Shown here one piece after another: positions 15,005 to 27,420 of a DNA stretch of 64,000 nucleotides; position 1 is the stretch's first letter, and every line of letters starts with the position of its first letter. The notes below the pieces were generated by a model, which saw nothing but the letters and a program-made list of their open reading frames with translations, had not been told where the DNA came from and made no database searches. The DNA comes from Botryllus schlosseri. Taxonomy: Eukaryota. Where the stretch lies: assembly GCA_051294905.1 (NCBI GenBank), contig CM119381.1, positions 2,232,001 through 2,296,000 on the forward strand. Direction: 5' to 3'. Made by a program: the position numbers and the translations under genes.

Positions 15005-16584
15005 TTATACGGCAAAATCCTCTGAAAACAATTATATCTATTCTTATTATTTTGTTATAAAAGACATGCGACTTGGCTATGTGCTCTGTAGTTATACTGT
15101 CAACTTTCGTAAATTGTACAGTCGATTTCGGCAAATTTTGTTTAAAAAGTCTTGTTAGCTGTCAATCGAATTCTAAGCTACTCTTAAACAGTTTCGTACA
15201 TCACCTGCGGAACAGCGACTTGGTAAGTCGGAGGTGGACCTTGATCTCTATATTACCCCAGAAATCGTTATAAATAACGTTCTGAATTTCTAAATCTTTG
15301 ACAATTTGGTGTTTTATTTCTCTAATTAATCAACAAGCACCCAACCCTCACATTTTCGGATTTGAGATTTTTCCCCAATTCGGGTTCACGTGGGTCAAAT
15401 CAAGAATCACGGTTCGAATGATTTACTGTCTTGTTACCGCTCGTCGAATCCAATGTCTTAACAAAAATAAAACGGAAACATAGTCACTTTACAATTTGGA
15501 TACAGGCGTGTCTGCATTATATATTGGGATGCGACAAACTGGGGGCACGCTCACGACAATACCGTGTCGTCGTATTATCATTCAGCTATTATAATACCCG
15601 GACCCGAACACAATCCTTTCCAGACTCCTTACCCGTACACCAGTGACATTATTTGTGACAATATCTAGAAGATAGCATAGAATAAAATTGACCACATTGA
15701 AACGGCATGGTGCAAAAGTCATTTGGAGTTGTACGCACTACGCACCACTTCCAGTTATACAATACAAATCGATGGCCAGAACCACTCACGAATTGTGTTG
15801 CTAGCCTTCGAGACATATTGTTGCAAACACCTTCAAATCGTGGGCGCGTGTTTTTCAGTCTCCATCTCCATCGCAACATGCTTTCGCCCTTACAGCGACA
15901 ATAGGAAACGTAAGATGGGATTCGTCATAGCGGATGTGAGTTGATAACGAGCGCGAACGGCAAACACGACTCATGATAAGGACTTTCCGGTCGGTATACA
16001 ATTAAACCTGTTGATCACATCGAAGTAACACTCTGGCTTCCTTTGCAGTATAATGGCCCCGGCTTTTTGCCGAATTAACGAGCGTTTTGTGGACGTACCA
16101 GGGCCAATAATTAGAGTTGAATGCAACGTTCGAGCGGATTTGTTGTTTACACACGAGGCCCCTCGCTGACATTGAGCACTTGAGCAGTGGAAACGAATGT
16201 ACCAAGACCTTCACACCAGTGTACCATCCGTCATATGCGGGTGCGAATATGCTAGTGTAAATATACAATATTTTAATCCAAATGATGCATTCAAATACAA
16301 ACATGGGAAGCTAGTTATATGTACCACGAATGGGTTGAAAATCGGCGAATAACACGATTTTCGTTTACATGATATTTTTTACAATGTCTTGTCACAAGTA
16401 AAGTCTTTTCCAGACTGCGAGTCGCTCGCAACTTATGAAATGTGCACAAGGAAGATTGCCCGATTATTACAAAAACGCGTAGACAAATTTTGATGAATCT
16501 ATATACTTGACTTGACAACGCTGTCAACCGTAAAGGATCGTGACAGCGATGGACGGCTTTTTATGTTTGGCCTATATGACATGC

Positions 16585-16608
16585 CAGGGATATCGATAGA
16601 TATCCCTG
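16585..16608. mobile_element. 24-bp palindromic micro-insertion with 7-bp TSD
   Basis: gacatgc[cagggatatcgatagatatccctg]gacatgc: perfect 10-bp stem and perfect 7-bp flanking direct repeat. Confidence 0.7.
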
Positions 16609-16849
16609 GACATGCCCTTTTCAAATGCGGTCGTAAAATTTATATTTATATTCGCAAATATCCGGGTGCCGTCCGAATAGATTCCGCCGGAAAATCGTGT
16701 GGCAAATAGGCCATTCAAAACTTAATCTCTGTCGGCGTCGACATAGATCTAAAAATTCGACCAGTATGCAAGATACTTAACACTCTGATGCCGTGCATTA
16801 ATACATTCTCGATACAGCTAGCATGGGTCTATCACACGTGAGTCCTAAA

Positions 16850-16950
16850 TAGTTGCTGACGGTTACCCCGGACATTCGGGTTCATTTAAATATGAATATA
16901 TTATTCAATCAATTGTTTATTGAAGTTCTGTACCTCCAAGAATCTCTTCG
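16850..16950 (-). mobile_element. Foldback family A arm with its one-sided leader
   Basis: tagttgctgacggttacccc...tatgaatatattattcaat followed by tattgaagttctgtacctccaagaatctcttc, the reverse complement of the leader at 60599. Confidence 0.75.
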
Positions 16951-17774
16951 AATACTGAATAGTTGACACAGTATTTTTAAACGTCACCTAGTTCAGCAGA
17001 TAATCAAAGGAACAACGTGATTTAGATAAGATTTTGTCTGCTTGCGCATTCGCTTGAATAACTCGAGACGATACCACACGGCCACTCAGTCCCACGCAAG
17101 GCATTGTTTGACCACGCGACAAGATATTTCGTTTGACAGCTCTTTCTTTCCCTACGCGCAAGTCTAAATCTGTGCCAAGTACATTTCTTTTAAACTTCAG
17201 AGGCAATCGATATGCATATCAACCGCAAAATGTGACGTCAATCACGTCGTCAGGAGTGCCGTAAAGGAGAAGCCGAGAGTGCTCACGATGGGGTGTTTAT
17301 GCTTGCTTGACGTTTGGAAAGGCCTTGACAAGTTCGAGTGACAAATACATATGTGATTTTGAGAATTATCAAACGGTGTACCATTCGTGTGACGGTCTCT
17401 AATCGTGAAGATTTGAAAACTTCAAGACATCAATGCAACCGCGGCAATGATTTTCCACTCATATGTAGATCACGCACGATTTATAATATTGGTTCTCCGA
17501 TACGTAAATATCGAGTCGATATCGCGCTTTGAAAGAAATATCGGTATCGGCCATTAGTGGTAAAACATATCGGCAATTTATGACGTGGTAATATTTATCA
17601 TTTTAATAGCTTACAGACAAAGGGGGTCAAAATTGTAGGCCGCAGGGTTATCATATGTTCGCCTTTCGGAAAATCGAAAATGTACTCTGAAGACACGTAA
17701 ATCTAACGTTTGTGATTTGTAAAAAGTGTCCCCTTTTCGAAGATCCCAAATTATGGTAAACCTACAAATTATGT

Positions 17775-18030
17775 TAGTCATCGTTGCTACTGAAGTAGCA
17801 ATACAAGTAACATAATAAAATTCTACTCATGTACGAGTAGAGGTAGCGATTTAAAAGTAAGGACAAAAGAAAGTATTCTAGGCTTGATTGTTACTAAAGT
17901 AACTGCGAAGTAGACATAAAAGTACTCTAAAATCTTAACTTCTTGAGTAAGTACTGTAACTGGCAAACATACTTGAGTAATCTGAAAAAGTGGAAGTGAT
18001 CATCTCTACTTACAAGTGTCCAAATGCAGC
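17775..18030. mobile_element. Degenerate AAGTA/GAGTA-repeat (Tol2-like hAT) MITE remnant
   Basis: Dense aagta / tacttgagta motifs resembling Tol2-type subterminal repeats; ends not resolved. Confidence 0.4.
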
Positions 18031-18109
18031 CTTTCTAGTCTATTTCGTATTCAAGTGTAGCTGTTCTAATGAATTATTCAAAGTTTTGTAAATGCGCAAT
18101 ATGCCGGAT

Positions 18110-18222
18110 TCCATATGTTTTGAATATCGGCCGAATATATCGGGGTTATCGGTGAAGGTGGCGGTTATCGGTTTTACCGGTATCGGCCCGAAATATCAGA
18201 TATCGGTTGGGATATAGAACCT
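18110..18222. repeat. TATCGG repeat cluster, probable hAT MITE end
   Basis: Six or more tatcgg units; a similar cluster lies at ~17500-17580. Confidence 0.45.
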
Positions 18223-19118
18223 TCGCGCGTACTTCTGCTAGTACGCAGAACCAACCCTATCCGCCAGAGGCCTCGCGAAATTAGTTGTTACTAACGATCC
18301 TCGCTGGCAATTGAAACCTTCAAGTGTGTTGACGTAGCGGCGTTGAAAGGTTAATCGAAATTGGTGAGGATAAGGTCACATTGAGTTTTCAAAACACTCT
18401 TGAAAGTATGTGAAAAGGCGAACGATTGCATTAGGTGACGTAATCTGAATGGAGCATCTGAAAATACGGGCGAAAATTGTACGTAGTCGTGATAACATTT
18501 GTCTTCGGTACTGTGAATAACTATTGATCAAGGGGACGGCATGATAATAATTTTTGTATTGCATCCGCGTCCATTGTCCAATCAAACAACCCAACGGCTG
18601 CCTGCAAAATAACCCAATTAATAGCTAATTAAGGACTTCGTCAAGATGAAACTTCTGTATAATTTTACTTGGAAACGCAGAGTCTTTCAATGTTGGACAA
18701 GAGTCAATTACGTCAACTAAAACACTTACTTCAACGGTCCATCAAATGATAATGTGAAAGGGTTTAACGTAAACTACGAATGTGACTGGTGACAGTGTTA
18801 AATTGTGATGCAGGATAGTTCAACTCGAGCGTGCTTGATATAGGTGGTAAAACATCAGATATGAAAAATGTTTCTCCTGTGTAAAAAAACTAAACGCATT
18901 TGACGAAATCCCGACTTTAAAAAAATATCTTTCAAAACTGCACGTTTCAAGTTTTGCTCCAACTTATCGCGAGTCTTGTGTGATATAATTTGCGTAACGA
19001 CCCTGATTAGAAAATGCTTCTCGATTCTACTAATCAGATAAAGTGAAGTTGCCCTAAGAATAGCAGCCTTCTACGATCTAAAGATATATTATTACTGCTA
19101 AATATAAAACAAAATTCA

Positions 19119-19398
19119 TGTGGCGAGATAACGCAGTGGTATAATCCGCGGCTGCAACACCAATGGGTGTGGGCTCGAGTCCGACCGAGGTCGACTTCCG
19201 AATTCGATACCTAAGTGTTGGAGGTTTACCTAGGCTCCTCCTCGCCACCTCATCCGCGTCAGCGGTGTCTTACAAAAGCCTAGAGGTGGGCCGTGCTATA
19301 AGTCGGCAGTTACGGAAAATAAGAAGAATATCGGCCTGGTGTAAATGACCATAGTAGTCGACAAACACCATGAATACCCCAAAACAAACAAACAAACA
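19119..19398 (+). mobile_element. tRNA-derived SINE, full length
   Basis: Head gtggcgagataacgcagtggtata (A-box-like) and gggctcgagtcc (B-box-like); unique body; (AAAC)n tail; 13-bp TSD aaaacaaaattca at 19106-19118 and 19399-19411. Paralogs at 31941 and 41285. Confidence 0.9.
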
Positions 19399-22300
19399 AA
19401 AACAAAATTCACATCAAATGAAAATTCACTAAATCGGCTTAACGTCCGGTCTGAACTTGACTGGTAAACTTTTATGGTAGATAATTTCAGTCATGATCAA
19501 AGTCGTCACTTTCAGTTTTTAAAGTGTAATAAAGCAGTATTGCGCGCAATAACACGGCAGGTACACCGAAGTTTCTGTCTAGCTGCCGAACTATGACAAT
19601 ATAGGCTGATTTTCAATCTAATATACCAGTTAAATGGTCAAATCAAAAAATCTCAAATATGAATTATTTATGCATCGAACCTGTCCGGCAATCTTGGGGG
19701 TATATACAGCGTGTAGCAAAGCAATATTGCAGTGAGAAAAAGTAATAATCGTCCAAGCCCGGCATACCGGCTTTCGATATGATGTTCGATTGAAAGGCAC
19801 TCTTTTTCAGTTTCAATACTCGATAGCATCGGCTATAATACAAAATGAAAATTTTCAAAATCTGTGCTTATTGTGTTTGAATTTTATGATCAAACTTCGG
19901 TGGTGAAAACTTTGAGAGATTAGTATGAATATATCTATATTGTAAACGGATTATGTCATATTTACTGTCGTCCTTAGGATATTCAACAGTATATATATAT
20001 TCGCACGCTAGTTAAAGTTTGTACTGTCGATAGCAATAGATAAAGTGGCATATGATAAAGTACTTCTACAGCGATAGGTATCGCGCTGTATGATATCATA
20101 TTCGACATATGATACGCTACGCACGTCAATACTGCTTGTCTTGGCGTAGTATTGAATGCTTTGTCGGAATTCCATACATCAGCACAATAGACCGCGAAAA
20201 CGATGGGCCTCCGCAAAGAGGGAAACAGATTAAGCTCGCAGATATCTATCTATTTTTGTCATTGAATAGGACATCCTCCCACAGACTTGGTGTCTGGATG
20301 CGGGATTAATTTCAAGTTGTTGAGCGGGAGATGAGTATAGCGACCTTCGCGAAGACTGATCGCTTGTTATAAAGATCGAGAGGGTGCTGAAGGGCTCTAA
20401 TTATACGGAATACAAAGAAAGACATCGGAAGAAATGAAGAATAGAAACATGTGATTCTCCGACTCCGCGTAGCCAGATTGCAATCCATGAATTATGCATT
20501 GCAGTGAAACTTTCTGTGGTTGACTTATAGCATTGGCCGAGAATTATAGTGCTATACAGTATTTGCGTTCAATACAAATATCATTGCACTGCGACCTCGA
20601 TTGGGATATCCATTCATTAATTATTTTCAACTTACAAACCATGTTTTAGTCGTAGTCGACTTGGTGTACTACCGTATAGTGCACAATGCACATGTAACTT
20701 CTAGAATGAGAAGCGAAGCTGTCATAAATGTCATGAATATCAATGAGAATGATAGCATGGTGTTATGCTACCTTGCAATGAATAATTAACTGTCACCAAT
20801 GGGGTATTCGTCCACACGACATATTATAGTTACTTTCCATTAAGACATTTCCCAAAGCGATCATTTTGTTTGTACTGTAGTTTCGAGAAGGCTTATAGTA
20901 ATCATGAGGCATAGCTGCGGGTTATTTGCTAAGGCAAACCACAGAGATCGTCTGAATAGTTGAACGCTTGCCAGGTCCATCGAAACAGCACTTTCCGTAT
21001 ATGGGCGATGTTATTTTTTATCGTTTTACCTATCAGGCAGGAATTTCGTTAACGATAGAAAACTCGTTAGCGCCTGCGTTAATCTACAGTTCCGATTATT
21101 AATATGATTTCTGATTAGCCCGGAAATGTGGATCAATTAACGCAATGATATCTGCGAGGAAGCGCTAGGGCTAGTGTAATATAGCGTGTGTACGCTATAC
21201 TTGTGGATACGCTATACTTGCACTACGGTATCTGTTTCTGTTCTAGCACATATCAGATATCATGTCTGTTAATGAGAGCGGATGTGACAAGGCGAAGTGC
21301 GAATTAGAAGCAATCCGTCAGAATAGACGCACGTAATCTGACAATGTTAAAACTATGCTCCCATAGTCATGGTCTTGGTGATAAGTTCCGATCGTACAGA
21401 AAGGTCAAACGGCATTAGCTTACTGACCTCCATAACAGAACCTCGTAATTACGAATTTACTATAACCAGCCCAATTTCGTGCTTCAGTACTGCGGCCACG
21501 TAAAATAACCTTTAAACAGCGCGTTATTGCATTTTCCGTGCGCGTTGTTACAGACAATGCACCCTTTCATTGGAAGGTTCAAACCGTCACAAAACCCGTA
21601 ATCGTATCATAATAATCGCAAATAGCTGTGATGCATCGTTACTCTCTGCCGATGCCCTCGGCGATACGCAGTAACGGACGGATTAGCTGAATTATTTTAG
21701 CATTATCGCATTATACGCAGACTTCGAGACCTTGAAATCACGTTTGCATGGGTCAGTATCAGAACTGCGTGCACGTGATAGCAAAATCGTTACTGATTTG
21801 TAGAATCGTCAGCTGATTCTACCCAAAAATTCTCAATAACACCGCATCTCTAAACTATAAAGATGTGCAAATTGTACTCTTAACTGGCAATGACTGGAAA
21901 TATGAAAGTTTGCATCAAAGGAATATTGTTTTTGTATATTCATAATGAATTCGAGTTAGATTGGCATGATCTAACTATAACATATTAAATTCTGTTAAAT
22001 GTCACAGGATTGTTCATCGAATGCCAATAACAGAAGATACTACTTCTGCTCAAGGTACATCGAACCCGCGACGACATTATCTGCATCCTGAGTTGGAAAA
22101 CTTATATGTGGTATACATCTACTTCAACCAAGTCGTGTGTCTTCACAGATTAAAAAGCTTCCAACATAGACAACGCGACGCAGTAAAAGAAAAAGCTTCG
22201 ACCTAAAGATATTAATAGAGGGAACTTGTTGTTGCGATGGGCTCGGTTTCAGTGTTATATTATCGGGGGCGGCAGGTTGAACGGCTGAAAAATTATAGAA

Positions 22301-22710
22301 GTAATAGCGAATTTCATAAAGGTGTAATTTGGCGCAATTTCGCCAAAAGTCCCATTTTCCCCCGCCGTTTATGATCCGGATGTCTTCGCCTGTAATTTGG
22401 GGGACGTCCGAGATTGATTCCAAAAATAAGCAGGTCAAATAACAACGCGACGGCTTCTCGTGATGGAAACCGTCAATCGCGCCAGGTGCGCTGGACTTCT
22501 TCAAAATACACCGAGTGCGAAATTTCGGTAACGAAATACCGCGCTGAAGCCAACGGTTTGATTACCTATTCCGTGTCAAGCAGATCCAACACTATTTATC
22601 TAATTTCTCAATTAAAGCCCAATTATTATCTAAATTAGTGAACGCACATGATCGTAAGTTGTTGACTGCGGATTTATTGCGTCACGCTATCAACAACACC
22701 AAAGAGCGAC

Positions 22711-22810
22711 GTGCTGCAAATCTGCAGATCAGGAATCGTAGTACGAAATGTCGCCCTTGTGTAAATGACAACAATAGTTGAAACGCCATGAATACCAAAT
22801 AACAACCACA
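22711..22810 (+). mobile_element. 5'-truncated or degenerate SINE 3' fragment
   Basis: gtgtaaatgac...aaacgccatgaataccaaataacaac matches the SINE 3' end at 19340-19390. Confidence 0.6.
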
Positions 22811-23118
22811 CGCCTTCCATCAGTCCGTACAAGTACTATATGGAACTTGGAGTTGTACGGAAATGCCAAAGTGGCTGAACTTCTATAAGCGCGTAGATGT
22901 TCAAGGTGACAACGAGGAATACATTCATTTTATCACAAACTTTATCATCAATGTTTTTATTTTCCATCGAAAATCTGGATTGATGTGTTATCTCGTCGCT
23001 ATAATTTTTCCTTCACTGCTAAATGCGTCGTAATGCATTGCGGTGACGAAAATCGAAAGAAGTCAAGATTAATTTGAAATATGCACTTGGTGGTACAGAA
23101 CATAGGTATACAACTAGA

Positions 23119-23248
23119 CAATTGAATAATGTCTTTGTATTGAAATATACCCGAATATTTTCGGCTGACACTCGTCAGGCATAATTGTCAGCAACTAGTA
23201 CAGCTTTGAAAAGAACATTATTTACACGATTGCTGATATATAATGTTC
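23119..23248. mobile_element. Foldback family A, left arm plus loop
   Basis: caattgaata...cccgaatattttcggctgacactcgtcagg...cagcaactagta. Confidence 0.8.
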
Positions 23249-23564
23249 ATTTATATTAGTTTTTACCACTTTTCAACAACCAAGTTATATATATTGTATT
23301 CCCCAGCATGCATTCGCAGGGCCAACGCTTCATCACGACTAAATATAAATGCATCATCTTGCATCTGCTTTAGCTCTTAATAACCGTATTCAGTCGGCAA
23401 AATCTTATTTTTTGCCAATTCCGTAGTTTCCGAATAAAGGTGTTAGTAGAATTGAGCCCCTAGGATTCATAATGCAATGCACGAGGTTATTTTGAATAGG
23501 CTTGATAATAAAACATTCCAGTGAAAAACGAAGAAGTTATGATATGGACTGAACGTTTTGAAAT

Positions 23565-23640
23565 CATTTTACTGGTCCGGCACCAAGCGATCAAAAGGTT
23601 TGTATCCGGCCCGTGACCCAAGTCGAGTTTGACACCCCTG
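23565..23640. mobile_element. Orphan right end of a Charlie-like hAT MITE
   Basis: ggtttgtatccggccc...gagtttgacacccctg matches the right end of 41434-42234; no left end found. Confidence 0.6.
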
Positions 23641-25642
23641 GTGTAAGGGGTGCCGAAAAGGGTTGGTATGTCTATGGGCGCACGATTCTGCATGTTCTAC
23701 CATGCTACTCGTCACTTTAAGCAAATTGCTATTAATGGGTCGCATGATGCCCAAAACATATCCAATTGGGTCGATGGCATATTTTTAGATACGAAGCGTC
23801 ACAAACACGCAATGTGTAATCCGGATTTTCAGTCTCGGGATGATATATAGCACAGTAAACCCCAGAAAGCTGTAATATGACCATAAGGTATAGATGCTAT
23901 CTTTTCACAAGGGTATTGACAAACTATAAGTAAATATTTTGGATGCTATTGATTTATGACGGTGACTTTTTCGAATGGATATTATTTTCGATTTAATGTT
24001 TTTAACGACGGTTCGACTAAACATTGATGAAGAACGGCGGTTGGCAGAAATCTTTGCCGAGCAAATATATGCCTTTCCCGATCAATTGTTCTCCCAATAC
24101 TTGCACGTTCGGTGGGGAGTGTTTGCGCTGTAGTTTGAGAGAAGGTGCAGCAGATACGCGCCCGTAAAAGGCAGAGAGGCGCACTCGTGGAGCAAATAAA
24201 AAAGATTTGACAGCCCTGATTGAGAAATCGTCAACGTTTGCAACATCAACATGGGGAGTTTAGCACAGAAACGTAAGCACGTCATCCGCTGGAATTTGTT
24301 GTGTATCGATTGCGTAACGTGGGAAGTATTCGGGTGTGTTGAGGCGGGTTTTGCAACCTGGTTTCTAGATCGATCACGAAAGTATTTTTTCAATAAACGA
24401 TTTTTGTTAATATACAAAGTTCCTTTAAATTTTCTACTGACGATTACCTGTGACGAGTGTAAGCCGAAAATAATTGGATTTATTTAAATGTGAATATGTT
24501 GTTCAATTGTGTTCTATACCTTCAACAATCTTTGCAATGAACGAAATTAGGCAGTGCATGGCTTACCTATCTTATTTATATTTGTAGGAAAAGCTTCCCA
24601 CATGCCTATACCATGGATGAATTCATCTGGTTACATTAAAGCTGCCATACAAGCCTCTCATTATATGCAGCATTATATCATACTCCCCTCGTATATAGAG
24701 TAGAAAATGAAATATGTCTGACTGTTTGGAGACATTCCTGGAGGTATACAGAACTTCAAAATACCATTGAATAGTATACTCAAGTATGAGAGCACGAATC
24801 GCGTGGTTCGACAACGGGAATGTTGCAAACGGGTAGTTGTCCAAACAACGGTCCCAGCGTACAAGTGGTCCTCTGTAAAATGAGATTTACTGTAGACGCA
24901 GTCACACTTATAGACACGAAATACGCGAAAGGAAAGTTATTATAAATATTACTAATTATTAAAATTATGATATGGTGCTTAACAACAAATTTCATCAACA
25001 GCACAAGCTAATTGATGAATTACGCAACGGACTATAAGATATCCACAATATTAAGGTGATCGTCAATAAAAGCTAAATGCGTCGTCTCAATGTAAAGAAC
25101 ACACTGATCATACACTGAACACACATCATAGATCCCGATGGGCGTATAATGTCGTACTTTACCTAATTTTGGAATTTTTACGAATTTTCGTGGACTGTAG
25201 AAATATGTGCTTTCGCAGCAGTTATTTTAGTACCGGTATTGGAAGATTGCGGCTCTTTCCCCATTTCCTTTAAGTCACTTTCCGCGCGAGCCACACAAAG
25301 GATTTATTTCCGCCGCTACGCCGTTCTTTCTTTATTCAAGCGCAATTTGCGATGAACTGAATTAACGGAGTTCAAGCGACCTTAACACGGCTTATCGCTT
25401 GGGTATATATGACTGGCAAACACGGAATTTCTTAGCCTATTTTGAAATAGAAAACAGCGGTTTCGCGAATGTCAAACAGGGACCACAAAGACATAGCACT
25501 GCCGTTATTGACTCTTACAGACCGAGGCTATACACAATGTGCGTTGTTCGGTCTTTAATAGCGAAAAAGTGATACGCGTTTTCAGATTTAATACGCGGTC
25601 GAAAAAAAGAATGCCTATATTTAATCTGACTGTACATACCAC

Positions 25643-26390
25643 CAGAAGTGGCGAAAGTATTCACTGGTACTCAAGTATAAATAGAAGTAACTCCGTAAAT
25701 TTCTACGCAAGTACTAGTAGCAGCTTCCAAGTATAAAATAGTCAGTATTATTGACCTATAGCAGGGGTGTAGAACCATTTTGAAACCAAGAGCTACTTCG
25801 TGGGTACTGATAATGTGACGGGCTACCAGTTACTTCCGCCGTTTGTCCGTGCTCAGTTGGATGTCTTCACTAAGACATTCAGAGTACTGGGCAGGATTTC
25901 AGCCCCTTACCAAGAACAGAAAACTCTCAGTCACCGGGACTCACACCAGCGTCCCCGGGCCCAGCTGCGTTGTCGTACTGCGCGTCAAAGCGCCAAGCTC
26001 CGCGTCGAGACTCGGGAATATGAACTAGATTCCTATTAAGCCTCAGCGCGGTCGAAGACAAGCAACGCCCCGACCGAAAACTGCGTTCGTATATTCCGTA
26101 GGGTCGACTGACTCATGTTCAACAGGTGGTCATATGAAACCTTTTTCCGCTTCGACTTTCAAATCTCTCATTTAAATATTTTGCTACTGCGACCGGGGGC
26201 GACTCACGGGCAACCGTTAGCCCGCGGGCACCGCGTTGGTCACCCCTTACCTATAGTTTTGCCTACAAAACTAAAAACCGTTACTTAGTAGTCTAAAATC
26301 GAAATCACTTGAGCAAAAGTAGCAAAATAAGGCAAAAACTATACTTGGAGTACTTCGAAGAGTAGAAACAATTCACTACTAACCAATAAC
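25643..26390. mobile_element. Degenerate AAGTA-repeat (Tol2-like) element split by a Charlie-like MITE
   Basis: Starts cagaagtggcgaaagta; aagta/gagta motifs on both sides of the 25762-26248 insertion; right end unresolved. Confidence 0.4.
25762..26248. mobile_element. hAT (Buster/Charlie-like) MITE
   Basis: Perfect 8-bp TSD acctatag (25754-25761 and 26249-26256); imperfect TIR caggggtgtagaacc versus gttggtcacccctt; gcccgcgggc subterminal motif. Confidence 0.85.
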
Positions 26391-26649
26391 CATGCAGTGA
26401 CCACCATTTACTATCACGCGCCCTTTGTCTCGGAGATTCTTGACCATCCCTCACCGGAAAACAATGTCTTTCAATTTCCTAGTCTGGCCCGTAGACTTTT
26501 ATATATCCCCATTGATGCTGCAATTTCCGCTTATAAACCAATAGTAAATGTGAAAATTCAACTATGCCATGCAAAGCAACTGAGCCTACAAATATAGCTT
26601 ATTAGAGTGTTCCCAGATTTATAGAACGCAAACAAACATTACGGTGGTG

Positions 26650-26679
26650 CGGGGCCTACGATAAGTATCGTAGGCCCCG
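26650..26679. mobile_element. 30-bp palindromic micro-insertion with 7-bp TSD
   Basis: ggtggtg[cggggcctacgata-ag-tatcgtaggccccg]ggtggtg: perfect 14-bp stem and perfect 7-bp direct repeat. Confidence 0.8.
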
Positions 26680-26854
26680 GGTGGTGAAATTTAGAATCTG
26701 AGGGTCGCACAGATTTGGCAAAATACTACAACCGGGGGAACCATAGCAATGTATATCGGGATTAGTGAGGGTTGTAATGGAATGCGCTACTTCTAGACGG
26801 GCAGAAAAGAATAGCCTCTTATATTTCCGTTGAATCTAGATACCACGTTATGTC

Positions 26855-27110
26855 CTATAGTTCAATGAACGACGTCAATGATTCGGTTCTGAATCTAGTA
26901 TTAAGTTGTGAGTCTATATCATTGAGTATCACTCGTGCCGACGTCACGATGAAATGCAGTCAGAAATACACATATGTACCTTTTATGCGACCACAAAGAA
27001 TTATAATGTCTGTTCCACATCACATTCATTATAATTCGGCATTTTGTCGACCGTACCTGTTTCATTGTACTTTGTGGCAATGGTGTGGGTTTTCATCAGT
27101 ACTACACATA
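26855..27110 (+). mobile_element. Degenerate family B hAT MITE fragment
   Basis: gagtatcactc...atatgtaccttttatgcgaccacaaagaat is shared with 58626-59147 and with the reverse complement of 40649-41171. Confidence 0.65.
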
Positions 27111-27113
27111 TGT

Positions 27114-27420
27114 TAGGGTTACTATATTTTGAGAACCTAAAAAGAGGACACTTTTCACATATTTTGAACGCTCCATCACCTGACAAGAAAACTGGTGATT
27201 TAAAAAAAAATCGACCCATGTTACTGTATTGATAGAAACAAAAAGTCATCACTTCGACTCGACTCGCGATCTACCCGATTTTTTTTTTGCGAAACTCTGA
27301 TGTTCGCTGCATCGGGATCGCGTTTCGGGTCGCATTTTAACCCTTTTTAGTGAAAAAGAGGACAAATTCCCCAAAAAAAGAAGATTTAGGTGTCATCCAA
27401 GGACACTTTCAAGCCCCCAG
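27114..27420 (+). mobile_element. Family C (AAGAGGACA) hAT MITE, partial
   Basis: tagggttactatattttgagaacctaaaaagaggacact matches the left end of 45387-45730; aaaaagaggacaaat and aggacactttcaa recur. Confidence 0.65.

Noticed and set aside
22008-22054. Candidate 47-nt exon (cag|GATTGT...CAAG|gtacat; DCSSNANNRRYYFCS)
   Set aside because: Splice signals are plausible, but there is no homology or linked exon to support it.
27114-27123. TTAGGG-like sequence as telomeric repeat
   Set aside because: These are single occurrences that form the TAGGG start of hAT TIRs.
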